Shown here: one piece after another, positions 48,501-62,700 of the stretch
Position numbering within the stretch: position 1 is the first letter of the stretch
Layout: each line of letters begins with the position of its first letter
Assembly (NCBI GenBank): GCA_013265495.1
Contig: MU058257.1
Span: 1,319,262-1,383,261 of the forward strand
Direction of reading: 5' to 3'
DNA from: Vicugna vicugna
Taxonomy: Eukaryota
DNA length: 64,000 nt
Position numbers and translations under genes: made by a program
Notes under the pieces: generated by a model
Told to the model about the DNA's origin: nothing
The model's database searches: none
The model's input: the letters and a program-made list of their open reading frames with translations, nothing else

Positions 48501-50899
48501 AGGAGAATCTAGCATAGGGAACAACTGCTCTGCCCAGTTCTAAGCACTTCAAGAGCACACCTGTGCCCTCCAGGGGCTGGAGGCCACGGACAAATCTCTT
48601 CCCAGTAGAAGCAAACTCAGTCTCAGCGATAAGCGTCATGCTGCTGGTCTAGCTTCAAAGCACAGTTCTTGAAAAAAAAAAAATATATATATATATTTCT
48701 TTACAAAAAAGTTCAAATTTGAACTTTTCACAAACCCCTACCTGCCTTCTAAGAGGCCAGCACGAGAGAGATTTAACCGCATACGTTAAGTGGGATCTTC
48801 TAGGCTCCACGGTTACTCTCTTCCTTGCAAAGTGTGTCTTTCTCACAAGAAATTCAAGTCCACAATGTTTATTGGTAAATTATACCCAAATTGCAAAACA
48901 TCCCAATGAGCCTAACGTCTCTGTCGGAGAAGCAAGCTGGGGCGCGAACGCGCTCACCTGACCTGGGAGAGTAAAGAAAGCAGCTGAGCCCCCCGGACTC
49001 CTGGGCAGGAGTCGCTTCTTCTCATGCTTCCGTCCTTGGGGCTAATCCCAATGTCCAACGGGACATGGAAATTCAAAACCCCGTGTTTATCAGATAAAGC
49101 AGCGACTGAGGGAATAAACCAATGAACAGACGGCCCTCTGAACTGACTATTAACGCAGCTACGGTACTGCCGGTTCCCAGTGCAGCCCGGCTGCTGCGTG
49201 TCCTCCCACACTGGACACCAGTGAGCTGCGCCCAGACCCTAACTCGGCTTCCAAACCAAGTGCACCCAGAGCTTCGACAATGAAGAGGGACCAGCAAGGG
49301 GCCGGACAGCCACACACACCCTTCACGACAAGGGCCTGCCATCACAGGACAGAAACTGAATTATTCATGGACAGAACTCCAGCCTGGGTCATAGTGTCCA
49401 GGTTCATTTCCCAGACTGGCTGATCCACATGCCACCTCTGCTGTCTTTTTCTCATAAAAATTCCACGCAACCTCCTCGGCTCCCAAGTCAGAGATGTCGT
49501 CCCACTAACTTGCATCTCCACTCTGGCAAGAACCTCCAGCTTTCCTTCAGGACGAGTCACGGGAGGCACCCCCTAGCTCACAGGGCACTGAGAGAATTAA
49601 TTACCGTTTGCAAAGTGCTTACAGGTCCACAAGCCAGTGCGTACTGTATAAATGCAAATTACTGGCATGATTCTGCTTCCCAGTGGGGCAGACTGCCCGG
49701 GGCACTCATCCACGCCTTGTAAGAAAACCAAGCCTCCCTAGCCGGGTCTCCCTCTGTTACAATAGCTCGTGGATTTACAACCCGGATCGCCCAGGCCTGC
49801 GCGTCAGCCTGTGTGGGACTTCGGATTTTTCCTTTTTTTCCTCTCAAAGATCTATCCTGGGACTTTTGATTCGTATACTTCAAAACCTACAGAAGAAATC
49901 AGAAATGATCATTTAAGGCAGATCCCCACTCCTGGAAGGAGGTTCCTGTCTGGCTTTCTCACCATTGGGAGGAGATAGGACAGAGGTCTGGGCTCTTTGG
50001 ACAGTTGGCTGTGTCCTTCGGTGGACTGGGGAGGCCCCGGCCGGAGTCCACTCTGAGCGATCACACTCTGCTCACCTCACAGGCTCCAGCTACTTCCACT
50101 GTGGGGAGTGTTTATGGCCACTTCCTGTCCTTGAAGGTTCTGCAGTCTTCCTCTGTCCTGTTTTAATAGGGCTGCCTGCCACCTGCAGGGCCCCTCCCCC
50201 AGAATAAAGGGGAGCCGGCCAGCGACACCACGGCCATCCCTCGTAGGGCCCAGACCCCTGGTTTATGTTGTTAGGTAGATTGGAGGAGCCGTTAACGTGT
50301 CATGTTTACACTTGAACTTTCTGCCTGTATCTCTGTGACTGTCACTCTAGACCTGGGGAAACAATCGGGAGGTTATGTGAGCAGCACCCTGGTCCTGACC
50401 ACAAACATCTTCCGCAATGTGTTTTGGTCTCCGAGAATCCCATTCCTCTGCACTGGGACACACTCTTGCGTATCCTGTTACTAGGGGTCTCCAAACATGC
50501 TGGAGGAAGGAGGAGATGCTTTATATGAGTCTTCGTGTATCAAAAACAGAAACAAAGACAAACAACGCAGGGGGAAAAAGGAGCCATCTTAAGTAATTCT
50601 TTCACTTGCTGGATATCTGCTCAACTTCCCTAAGGATCTCAGACACAGCATTAATTTCAGGATATTCTTCTCCCCCACTTCTCAGCTCTGAGACATTTAA
50701 GGAACTTTGGTACCTAGGTGACAAGCCAGCGGTGACCACAGCTCCCAGTCGGGGCTTCATCTCGGAACTGGAACAGCTACGGGGAACCCTGATGGGGCCC
50801 AGGGAAGGTAAGGGGAATGTAAGACAGAGAACGTAAAATCACACCTTACGTGTTATCTTACACACACGCACGTGTGTCCATCTGCTATATTACATTACA

Positions 50900-51065
50900 A
50901 GGCTTTACAGTTCAGAAAGTGCTTTAAAATTCGCCCCGCTTAACTCTCCCAACAGCCCACCAATAAAGCATGACACGCATTTGACAGACAGGAAAACTGC
51001 CTCCAAGGGGTGGGTGATGTGCCCAAGGGCACACGCCGGTCAAGGTGCACGTCCTGAACTTGGGC
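50900..51065 (-). mobile_element. MIR fragment
   Basis: catttgacagacaggaaaactg...gatgtgcccaagggcacac. Confidence 0.5.
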
Positions 51066-54000
51066 CGGGGAGCCCCTCCCCCGGCAGAAGCGGAGAAGGG
51101 TCAGCCTCTCACCTCCTCAACTCAACTGACAAGCACGGCCACGGCCACACGAGAGAAGACACGCAGGTGGCGGGGGTGTGTTTCTGGAAGGAGACTCACC
51201 TTTCCTAGACCCCCGTCAGCACCACGCCAGCGAGACCTCACCACATGGATCTGCTTATACAGGTAAAATATGACTTCTGAGCCCCTCAGCCACCACTAGC
51301 AGCTCCGAGTCATTCTGGAAGAAGTCATCACAGAGACCAAGGCTGGCCCCAGATTTTATGCCTGTGTTCCCTCTGACCAGCCCGGAGTGAGTTACTATCC
51401 CCAGAGGAGCTGCTGGGGGGCCGGGGGCGCTGGGGACACAGACAGTGTCAACCTCAAGGGCCCCCATGACCCACTGCCTCTCCTTCCTCTTCTTGGACAT
51501 TCAGAGCCTGGCGGTCTGCCTCCCCCAGCCCTCCAGGGCTCAGCCCTCTCTCCTGTATCCTAAATGTCCGCCGTCCCTCCTCCCCTCTCCAGCCCTTCCC
51601 AACAGGACTGCGACTTCCTGTGGGCAGAAGCTGGGCTTTGTTTCTCTTGGTCTTCCCCGTAGGGCTAACTGCAAGCCAGACACTCCAAAACTGTCCACTG
51701 AATTCGCTCCTGAAATCCCCCAGGTCCTTCCAGAGCCTGCCTTTGCTCCCTCCCACTGTCTGACGGACAGCATGACCTCTGTTCAACGCTTACGAATATC
51801 TCCTTCCAGAGACACACTGCTGTGCCAGCTGCTACCGATGAGCTGGGTTTCGGTGTGTCGGGAAGTGGAGGCTTGGGCCCAGCTTCGGTGTCCTGGGAGG
51901 GAACAGGGGTAGGGAGGGGAGGCCTTCAAAGAACTGGCCTTGAAGGCTGCTGAACGCTTCACATTTGGCCATTTAGAGGCGCAAGAGGCATGGCATTGGG
52001 CCGGAAGCAGACCAGAGCATCTCAATGCTTCTGCGATGTCCTTTAGAGTCCCCATCTGTCAGCGTCACATCTGAGAGTCCCAGGCCAAGGCCACACACAC
52101 CCGTCCCTCCCACAAGCACAACCAAAACAGACGCGCAGACGCCCCGCCAGGAGAGAAGGCAGGCTCGCTCCTGGGGCTGGCCATCTTCTCCGCACCTCGT
52201 CTCGTAGGGAAAATTACCAAACCACAACATTCATCAAGACGCTGCCCAGAAGGACGAAGCACGGAGTCCCAGGTTAGAAGGCTTCGCATAAGGACCTCAT
52301 GAAGCATCTTCCAGGACAGCAGTCCTCTGGGAGTCACAGGAGCCCCGCCCCCAACGCTCCCCGCCGCAATCTCCTTCCGTGATGCCGGACTCCCGGCTTT
52401 TCAGGGTGCCCTGGAAACTTACACGATATTCAGGACCCACAGCAGTGAACTGCTTTCCAACTCAACAGAAATCAGTAACAGGCTCCTACTTTTCTAGGGC
52501 AGTGCTAACTAGACTCCCCAAAGTGAAGCCACCAGACTTTGTGTTTAAGGCCTTTAACTAAATCAGGTCAATCAACAAAGCCAATCAGAGATGAGCTGCC
52601 GTTCTCCCACGCAGTGGAAACCTTCCCGTAACCCAGGCCAGGGTGGGCCAGCAGCCCAGCAGGAGGCACGGCTAGGAGAGGGTGCAGAGCAGCCGACCAT
52701 CAAGGTGCCTCAGACCACCGGCCCATCGATTCCCCCCCTCGTAAAGCAGCTCAGTGGAAACGTTCAGAATAAATCATGTGTTAGAATTATCTCCTGAAGG
52801 AAGAGCTGAGAGCATATTGATTAATAATTATTTGCACTAACAGACTCGGCTGTGGCAATGTCATCAATTACCTTAAAAATGGGTTCAGATCAATCACAAT
52901 GGGACTGGCTGAGTTTGAAGATCCACAGCCTTTTGTTTAGTAATTTTTAAAGAGACCAGCTTCTGAACGGCGCCCTCGGCGAGGGCTGCAGGCCGCAGAG
53001 AGTGACTGGTGATGACTCCCGCGTATACACTGAGCTGGACCTTGTCGCTGAGCGCTGGCTCCCATGCTTCTCCTGGGCGGGAGGTCTCCCCGGTAAACAA
53101 ACATGCCCCACGTCTGGTACAGGACGAACGTGCGGAGCCCAAGGAGTTATCGCTGATGATAAAACACACAGACGACCCGGGTCAGGCAGGCACAGGCTGG
53201 GAGGCCGGCGGCCAGCGGTGCCGGTACCTCCAGGTTTCCACGCTCGGATACGTGCGTCTCTGCTCAGACTCACCCACCAGGTAACACCCACAGAGCAGAA
53301 GCAGCATCGCCCAGAAGCACCTCCAGCCGAGGTTATTTGTGCCACGGGATGCGACGTGAATGAAGGCAGCACTCCAAAGAGCGGAGGAAGGGGAGTCACT
53401 TAATCTCACACATTCACTCGGCAGCTCAAAAACACATGGCTGCTTTGGGTAATGATGTCCAGGTCCAACCTCCCAACTCCCCAGAAGATGCTCCCCTCTG
53501 TGGCCACCAGGGTGACTCCAGAGTACAACCCTGACCCCGTGGCTCCGGCCCTCAGGTTCTTGGTTGCAGCACTGACTCGGCAGCCCCGGCCAAGGGTCTG
53601 GCCCTGAACCGCTGGCCCCATGTGCCCCAAGTGTGGTCTGTGGACTCTTGGGTCTCCAGACCCTTTTGAATGGTCCACAAGGTGAGAGCTGTTTTATAAT
53701 GATGCTAAGGCATCATCTGCCTTCTCACTGGATTAACCCTGGCACTGAAGGTACCAGGGACTAGGGCAAGGGGCAGGGTAAACAGCTGGTGATCTGCACA
53801 AATCGAGGCGAGGCACCAGACGACACGGGTAGTGGTCGTGTGCCCTCTCCAAGCACGTGAAGGACAACGGAGCCCAGTTTCACTGAGGCATAACCTTGAT
53901 GAAGCGGTCAATATTAACATTAGTAAGTCTTGACCCCAAGGACACATCTTTTTAATACTCTTTGCTAAGACTGCCAAGTATACATAAAGCAGTTTGTTAC

Positions 54001-54519
54001 ATACATACCGAATCATGATGTTTGTCTCAAGGAAAAGCACACATGTGACTGAGTTGCAAGCTGAACTAGCATTCCCCACCCCCATTTTTACTTAAAAAGA
54101 GCAACTGATCAAAACCTGTTATACAGACAGGTATCAAAGAGGTGTTTTCTTGAAGATGAACGAAGCATGGACTTGCCCCTTTGAGGAAAACGAACTGACA
54201 GTATTTGATGCCACTGATAAAATCCGGGCTTTTAAGTAAAAATTCAAACTTTGATAAGCTTACATTTGTCACCACAAATTTGGCAGCTTCCTAATACAGC
54301 TTCCTGTTCTTTTTCTCTTGCTGTAGAATAAAACATACCGCCCAATGGAAGACCTTCAGAACTCAGAGGACCTCTATGTTCCAAGTGACCAATGCCTGAT
54401 GTAAGTAAATCACGCAGGGATGAAAAAGGGGTTTTGAGATCAGGAGAGATCAGTAGTTTTAAGGTAACAGTGAGAAGTTCATGCCTGTGGCTTCAGGTTT
54501 CACATCACAATAGCAGGTA

Positions 54520-54938
54520 GGAAGCCAGCACTGCTCAGTGTTGGTAGAAAACTACCGACAGCCGCGGTGGACTGTCTTCACGTACTTCAAATGGAAACCC
54601 CCGGGGACCGGGCTGAATGCAGAAGCAGTTACGAGAATCCAGCCGTCTTCTCTTCAGAAGCCAGACATTCGCAGAACAAAGCGCTTTCCGTCAGTCTTCT
54701 CAATACACTTGTTTTGAAGAAAAGTTATCTTATCAAAAAGTCTGCTTTGGAGGACCATGTAATGAATTTATTGTTGTTGATTTTAAATGAATTCATAAAT
54801 AATCTTTAAATGTCTTAGTTTACATTTCAAATAGCATATATATATGTATCGATAGATATTTACTCACACAATGAGCAGAAAGCTCTTTGAAAGCCTCAGT
54901 CATTTTTAGGAGCATAACATGCTGCTGAGAACCCTGCT
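54520..54938. mobile_element. Degraded hAT-Charlie-like DNA transposon
   Basis: The terminal segment aaagctctttg...tcatttttaggagc...tgagaaccctg resembles Charlie-family ends; boundaries are approximate. Confidence 0.4.
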
Positions 54939-55637
54939 GTCGCCTGTCCCCAGGCACCACGCCTCAGTGGATACGCCCCTCCCACCAGGAAGGGGCTTAC
55001 AGCCCAGCGAGGGGACAGACCGGGAAGTGGCAGCGTTGGGCTCTGTGCAACGAATGCTGTGACCAGGACACTGCAGAGGGCATGACGGAGGAGCAGGGAA
55101 ATGAGCAGAGGTTCCCGGGGGGTCGTAGAGGTACCGGTGGGGAGGGGGCGTTTCCAGCGGGGAACCAGCCTGAGCAAAGGCAGACAGGTGGGAGGACGTG
55201 GTGTTCTGCATGTCCTGGGCACAGCATACGGGGAGGAACAGAGCGAGGACAGGTGGAACCAGACCACTCCGTACCCAAAAGTGAGGACAGAGCCTCAGAA
55301 AGCCTTTATTCAGGGATGTGCCAATTTGTGTTTAAGGAAAAATCCATTTTGTCAGTAGGAGAAAGAGCAACGGGGTAGGTGACAAGAGGCAGGTGAGTTT
55401 AGGGAAGAAATAAAGAAGGTCTTGACAATGGCGTGGGCAACGTGGCAGAAAAATAGGGCACAGTAAGGCATCACTAACCAGAAGAGACAGGGTAGGGAAC
55501 AGGCCAGACGGGGCAAAGTCACCGAGCTGAACTGGGAAACGTTGACGGCGCTGAATGTGGGGCCTGCAGGCAAGCGACTCCAGGCGGGCGGCTGGGGGTG
55601 CTCTGTGCCGGGACCGTGGTGAGGCAGTCCCGGAAAG

Positions 55638-56127
55638 TGACACAGGAGAGAAGGGGACAGGGCACAACCATTACAAGAATGACACAGCCATTGATGAAAA
55701 CAGGATAGGACATAAACTGGCTAGAACCAACCAGATCCAAGATGGCAGAAGAGTCGAATCCCGGAGGACCTTGAACCTCTTATACGCTCACTGTGATACA
55801 TGTTGCTGCTAAACGGCCCTCCCACGGGTGCCAGGACGGTTCTGAGGCTGAAAGGGCCAAAATGCGGGCGGAGGCCTGATTCCTGGGGACCCCCACCCCT
55901 CCCCCAAAGGAGCCTCCGCCTGGTTAGCACATGACGTCACCCAGCCCATAGAAGTTGTCCCCGGAGTGTGCATCTCCCTGAATAAATCTATCTTCACACT
56001 ACTTTGGTTCATTCACGAATTCTCTCCTTTGAGATGCCAAGGACCCTCACTTGGCAGGGCATGTCCCAGGAACTTGCCTGAAACCTGGGACGTGACCATC
56101 CTCTCACGCCCCTCACCCTCTGCAACA
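55638..56127 (+). mobile_element. ERV1-like solo LTR
   Basis: TG...CA ends, perfect 4-bp TSD AAAG at 55634-55637 and 56128-56131, AATAAA at 55981-55986 and CRE TGACGTCA at 55932-55939. Confidence 0.85.
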
Positions 56128-59100
56128 AAAGCACTAAGGAATCAGAGCAAGAGAGGCGGGAGGACTGACAGACCGGAAGGCAGACTCCAAGGTCCATCTC
56201 ACAAAGATCTGCTGGTCCAACGAGGGAACATTTGTTCCAACGGCCATGAGCCTTCTGATTAAACCTTAACTGACTTGCTGGATGGAAAACAGGCATCAGT
56301 CCCAAACCAGAGGTTTTCCAATTCACAGTCCCAAAGGCACAGTATGGTACATGTTTCAGCCCCGGGGCTGGGGGTGGTGGGAAAGGATGGGGTCTGGGGA
56401 CAAGGGGAGGGAAAGATCAGAGACTAGCACTGAATCAGAAGGACTTGTGCCCCTGCTGAACAGATGGGACGGAGCCCGCCCCCCAGTGAAGAATCAGCGT
56501 CAGCACCCATCCAGCGCAGACGCGGAGGGATTCCAGACGAGGGAGACCACATCCGAGAGAGAGCTCTGCACACGGCGTGTGATCCAAACTGTTTCCTAAC
56601 AAGGAACTATTTTTACCTCCGAAGCCAGGAAATAGATACTCCGGGCTAACACATGGCTCCGTGGAAATCTCGGTCTGAACGCATAACTGGGTGGAAGGGA
56701 AGAGCTTCACCATGTGAAGCGGAACCTTGGTGGAGCTCAGTGGAATGCTTCAAAATCAAGCATTTGAAGGACCAGCCTAACCCGTTTTCCTGTCCACTCC
56801 TCTGTCTGCCTTTAGGTGGTCGTGCCTGGGCAGAAACAGGACCAGTCTCAGAAGAGAGTTTGTCTCTTCTCAACACAGCTCACATTTTCCAAGAGTTTCC
56901 CTGTTGCTTCACGCTTTGCGAAAATGTCTTTCACTGAATTAGAGGCTTCCAGCTGGAGAGCAAACCCCTTTCCTCCCCTGCCCCTGGCATGGCTGGCAGG
57001 GCCTGCGGACGGCTTGGGCTGGCATCCTTCCTGTCTTCATGGAGAACTTCCTTAGCATCCAGGGAGAGCTGGCTGGCTGTGGTCTGTGTCTTGAGGCTTT
57101 CTCTGAACCCAGTACATGACAGCCCCTGGTACGTGGGGGCTTCATGTGAAGGGGACAAGCTGATTTTCCCACCTCCAGCCTCTCTCGCAAATGATCACGC
57201 CTGCCTCTCCAGTCTATTGGAGGTCAAGGCATTAAACCTAGAATGCACTTTTACAGCATCCTCACTCTTCAGTTAAATTCCATTTTAAAGTTTAGCCGAG
57301 CCAGTGCCAGCTCCTGAAACTGATTTTTGAAGGCAATGGGAACACGGCTAAAGAACAAGTCTTCTCTGAATTACACAAAACATCTTTTGAATTAAACAAG
57401 TAATTCCTTCCACTGAAGTATCTAATTTGAATTTAAACATTTCTTTACATGCCACCTTAATGGGATGCACGTTTCTCTCAGCATCTTAATTTTATGCATT
57501 TTACACTTTGAAGCAGCTTGCTAGTGAGGATTGCTGATTTGCATTCATTTGCATACAATTTGCAAGAAATGTTGAAAAACCTAGAAAGGGAGAGATTGTA
57601 AATTCATGGATTTTTTTCCCCCTAAATAAAAATGTCAACTCTACGAGGAAACAAACAGTGCGTTTCCCCTTGCTTACCTATAGGACTTTCAAGACAACTT
57701 TTAATATTTGTACACACAAAGAGATTCATTTAATGAATACTGCGATAGGCAGATTTCCCCCTGCAAGTTAATCACAGCGATGAAAGAGACTCCAAACTTC
57801 TAATCGCTGCTTTAATAAGAACATGAAACGTTCTCAATCAGATGACGCCTCCTGAAAGATATTTGCAAAGTGCATCTTCTCATACAGTAAGGACGTAGTT
57901 GATCAACTCTGAAGATTCAGCCAGTTTAAAGACTTTCTTTTGGCGATGGGGAGTTTATTCTGTATGACTTTCACTCCAGCTAATTGGATTTTTCTCCACA
58001 TCCTCCTCTCCTCTTGAGCTTAAATTTATATCTGCAATAACTCCGCTGTCGGTACAAGAAGCTGGAGGAGCAGTTCGGGCCACTCTTCACAGGAGAAAAT
58101 TCAGTGGGTTATGTTGCAGAGATGGAGCTGTTGATACCTGCCTGATTTTCAATGCCTCGGATTTCCACTAACACTGCAAACTAAGGGGTGCTCCCCTCCC
58201 TGTGACCTTGAACTTGGGGACCTGATGGGGCTCTGTGAATAGGTTTCCTGCAGCAGCCATTTCTGCATGGCTGCAGAGAGGGGAAAACAACAGAACACAC
58301 TTAAACTGTAAGTGCCATCAACACTGACATTTGCTCTCACTTCACTGGGTGGGAGCAGGGAGCGCTCCCACCCAACCTTCAGAAAGAACCGCTGCGCTTC
58401 TAGAAGGCTCTCCCCTCTACAGGATGCAAGTCATTTTAGGTTGCCGCTTAGAGCCTCACAGAAGGAAACTGCCCGGCCAAAAGAAGACGTACCTAAGCAG
58501 AGGAGGGAGTTTTGAGTTTGGACAATCTTCTAGGAGCAAAATGACATTAACTGGCGGGTGGAGTTTATCCTTGAATACAGTTGTGAAGCCAGAGTCGAAG
58601 CTGCCTCTGCAGAGCAGGAAGGGTGACCCGGCCCCACCCGGCGAGGCAGCTCCCAGCATGGCAGGCTCCAGCCGCTTCCTGTGTGGGCGCCGCTGGCCAC
58701 GTGACTCCCTGCGCCTCAGTCCTCCTGATGGAAAACCAAGATCTCACCAAGAAGGCAAAAACAGGTGCTGCGCTGGAGACGCTCTCTCTAAAGTAAACAC
58801 ATCAGGGTGTTTATCCATCAGCTGTGGTCTCTGGAAATCAGCGAGAACTGAAGTTTCCTAAAATAACCCAAGAAATCACTATGAATGCCCTGCAACTTGC
58901 CAAAGCTATGTTGTTGTTTTTCTTTGGAGGAAAGAAAAGAAGAAAAAGCTTTCGCCCTCCCGTTCTCAAGGTGCTGTTAGGTGGATGACGGGAGATGGAT
59001 GGTGAATCAAACATCGAAGGTATCACCAGGGCTCCTGGAGACACGGCACCCATGGGCTTCCAGCAGAGGGAAAAAGAAACACCGTTTTTATCTGAGGGCT

Positions 59101-60606
59101 TAAGAAAACTTTGTCTTTAGAAACTTGAATTTTATGGCACGTGTGATTACATGTATCAGAGAAAGTAAAATTTTATAAACATACCTATTACATTAAAATG
59201 CCCACACCCGCTTATTTGTAAACCAGAGTTGCTGCTTTTGGCCCAGCAGAAGAGTCCCCAGTCCTGATTCTGTACCTTCCCGAACTGTCTTCAGATACTT
59301 CAAGATGCACCAAAGCAATCTCTCCACACTAAGGCAACAGGAGACTCCGAGTTATTTCATTTTACAAATAAATGAGCCGAACAATGCCTTGCAAGGAAAA
59401 GCACATCAATAATTAATCAAATGGAATAAGCTGCAAAAGAGTGGAACACAGTGGAGACAATGTTTGTGGCTTCTTCCTTCAATTTTCATCCTATGCAATC
59501 CCAACTTTAAAAGTTTATTTTTTATGTGTCGTTTTCAGACTCAGACAGACAGAGGTATCAGTTCTGATGGTGGCTATTCTTCACCACGCTGAGCAAGGTG
59601 CCTGCTCTTTCCTCTGCTGTTCAAGCAGCGTCTGGCACTTAGAACAGGCATTCTGTGACTATAACGTGTCATAAGCACATCTCCAGAAAGCCTGCTATGA
59701 ACACACACACCCCTGTCAAGGTGCTAATTATCAGCAGATAGTACACAGCAACTCACTACCTGCCTGTCAGAGAAGGTTTCTTTGAAACAGACCAATCGTC
59801 AGCTTACACATCAGAAACAAACACTTACGGCGTGTTTATGTGTCAAGGCAGGAGACGCATCACCACCCTTGAGAAACCAGTTGGGAGACAAGGTATATTC
59901 ATACAGTTAGGAACATAAGGCATCATACGTCACATGCAAACAGGAATGGACAGAAGGGACCATAAGAAGCAGCACTTCAAAAAGTACTCAGAGTCCGCAG
60001 GTGGACACAAGCGTCCCAAAAAAAATCTTAGGAAAAGGAGCATGATGTCAGCAAACAGCAGGACAGACTCACCACAGACATGCCCGCGCCTTCCCACACA
60101 CAGGAGAGCCTGCCGCTCGCTCGCCACCTTGGGCAAGTGCACCAGCCACCTCCCTAAACCTGTTTGCTCATCTATGAGATGTGGTCCCAGCGGCAGGCAC
60201 CTCACGGAGTTGTTGTGAAAGTGAAGTGGAGAAAAACTGCATCCACGGAGGGTGCTTACGCGGTGCTGGAGCCCGGACCACACTTTCAGGAACCGTTAGC
60301 TATCCCAGAACTGATCTGCATTCGGCTTCCCTCACCCTCTCAGCCCAATTAGTCATTCCCAGGTCATCTGAGTTGTTGTCATCATCAGTCTTGCAGCTGG
60401 CCCGGGAGCCCCTTGCTTGCACTTTGTAGAAACAAGTGACCCCAGCGGAGCTTGGTGCTGGAGTGCTTGGTGGGGTCACAGAGGATGACTTGGCTCTGAA
60501 CACGCCACAGTAGACAAGAGGGTGTGGCTGGGAACAGGCTGGCCAGCTGTCTGATAGTCTACCCACTGTCAGATCTAATTAAAGAGCACCCCAAGGTGAG
60601 GGTCCC

Positions 60607-61117
60607 TGAGGTGGGAAGCCCCATGGAAAAGATCAGCAGGACCCCCAGGCAGGGCCACTACTCTCCTGCCAGCACTATCTGGTTCCCTGGCCCCACGGCT
60701 CTATCTCACTTTTTGCCTCTGAAACGGTTTGCTTCTAGGAAAGTGGAACTGACCCCTAAGATTCTGTTGGTTCCCTGAGCTCACTCATGATTGGTCCATT
60801 TGTAGTGCCTCATTTGCATGGAGCTCACTTGTGACTGGTCCATTTCTATCACTCCTGATTGGTCCATTTCTATAAAGCTCATTCCTAATTAGTCAACCTT
60901 GTTACACATTATTTGCATGTGATGTTGCGAAGGCTAGGCTGGTAGCCTATAAAAGCCTGTGCAAACCTACAGACGGGGTCCAGAGCTTGGAGTGTTAACT
61001 CCTCTGGGCCCACTGGCATAATAAACTTGAGTTCTCCAACTCTCTGAGTGCTGCTTGGTCTCTCGCCTGCATCCAGGTTGCTGCCACAACTGAGCTGTAA
61101 CACACTTTGCTGCAACA
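60607..61117 (+). mobile_element. ERV1-like solo LTR with repeated inverted CCAAT boxes
   Basis: TG...CA ends and TSD TCCC at 60603-60606 and 61118-61121 (an alternative start at 60776 also follows TCCC). TATAAAA at about 60947; AATAAA at 61020-61025. Confidence 0.8.
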
Positions 61118-62529
61118 TCCCTTTTTATCACCCTTATTTTCCAGATCTCTGAATCTCCTTATCTTGTGGATGGTTCTTGTGTTTAGCACCATCTTGGATA
61201 CAATGCAGAGACTATCTCACCTCCTGTCTGAAACTCAACAATGTGTGAAATACACACTCTCCGGGGAAGCCTGGAGCTCACCCTGTCACGTGGACTCTCA
61301 TGACAGTGGCATTCTGTGGTATTTACTTTTGGCCTGCATTAAAGTTACAAATATCGTGCCCCCTTCCTGCTCGGATGACTGATGAAATTAAGGGGAAGAC
61401 CAGTGCGACAGCCAGTACCTGTGGGACATCCCAGGAGGTGCCTCCCTTGGCTGCTTTCTGTGCTTGTGGTGTAACTGTGCAGTGTGAGGTCTGCGCGTCC
61501 CTCTTGGGGAACGGCTGGCTGTGTCTGGAAGCAGGTAGACCTCATACTTCACCACCCTGTCCTTTCCCACCTCTCTTCACCAGATGAGGAAATCCTCAGC
61601 TCCAAACTAAGTTAACTTGAAAATTATTTCAGTGTCTTGAAACAATGTATTCTTTTCCAAATTTAAAGTGTGTCTACACACGCAGATGCACGGACATCTA
61701 GCACATAACCGTGAACAGTGTCTTGCAGTGACCAAACACTATGTGTTCTTAGCAAAACACTGGTTTTTCAGATTCAGTTGGCTTCTGAGTATTCACAGAT
61801 GGTCTTCATGTTTTAATGACTCAGTCTGAGGGACTGATGGGACCAGAGCTGGAATGAAGCCTTCACCCTCCTGTTCCTTGTCCCACTGGCACCCTGTTCA
61901 GGCTGCAATCTTCACATGTAATGTATTGTTTTTCTCTAAGGAAAAACACAGACCGCCTGCCCACCTCCACCAAACTTAAAACAAAAAAACAAACAAAAAA
62001 ACCCCAAACTACCAGCCTCCCAGTTCCTGACATGTATTCCTTCAACAATGTAAACATCATTAGCAGGCACTTAATTACTCTTGGACATAAAAATGGTTCA
62101 GCTCTGCTCTCCTGCTTAGACCAGGTGTGTATGGAGTGAACTGGAAAACTCAGGACTCCGGGTTAACACATCAAAGATTTTTTTTTTAAACATAAATGAA
62201 CTAGTTATTTGCTTGAATTCTCTACTATTGTTTCCTGGGCCAACTTTAGCTCTGACTACAGAAGAATGTGAATCTATTATTATTTAATGAAAAGAATGAG
62301 AAATTCTCTTAGACCTTGACATGCATAAAAGAGCTCTTAACAATAATGATAGTAGAAAGTCTTTAAAGACAGTGCAGTAATCAAAATTGTGAAAAAGTTC
62401 TATATGCCAAGCGCATGCCTAAGACTTGCTCCCAAAGAGTGGAATTTTATAAATGAAATATCTTTGAGGCTCTGATTGAGTGATCTTTGTTACAAATAGC
62501 GATGAGAGTGATAACTTTTTGATCTCTGG

Positions 62530-62700
62530 CTGTGTTAAGCATCTTATATTCACTGTCTCACTTAATCCCCAAGACAACCCACGAGACAAGGAGTCCACGA
62601 TTCTTCCTTCATGGAGGAGAACCGAGAGAGGCTGAGTCACTGACATCACCCAGTGCAGTTAGGGTCAGGAAGAGTGAGCCCCCAAGAGTGCTGGTTCCCC
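62530..62700 (-). mobile_element. MIR fragment
   Basis: tctcacttaatccccaagacaacccacgag...atggaggagaaccgagagaggctgagtcactg. Confidence 0.5.
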
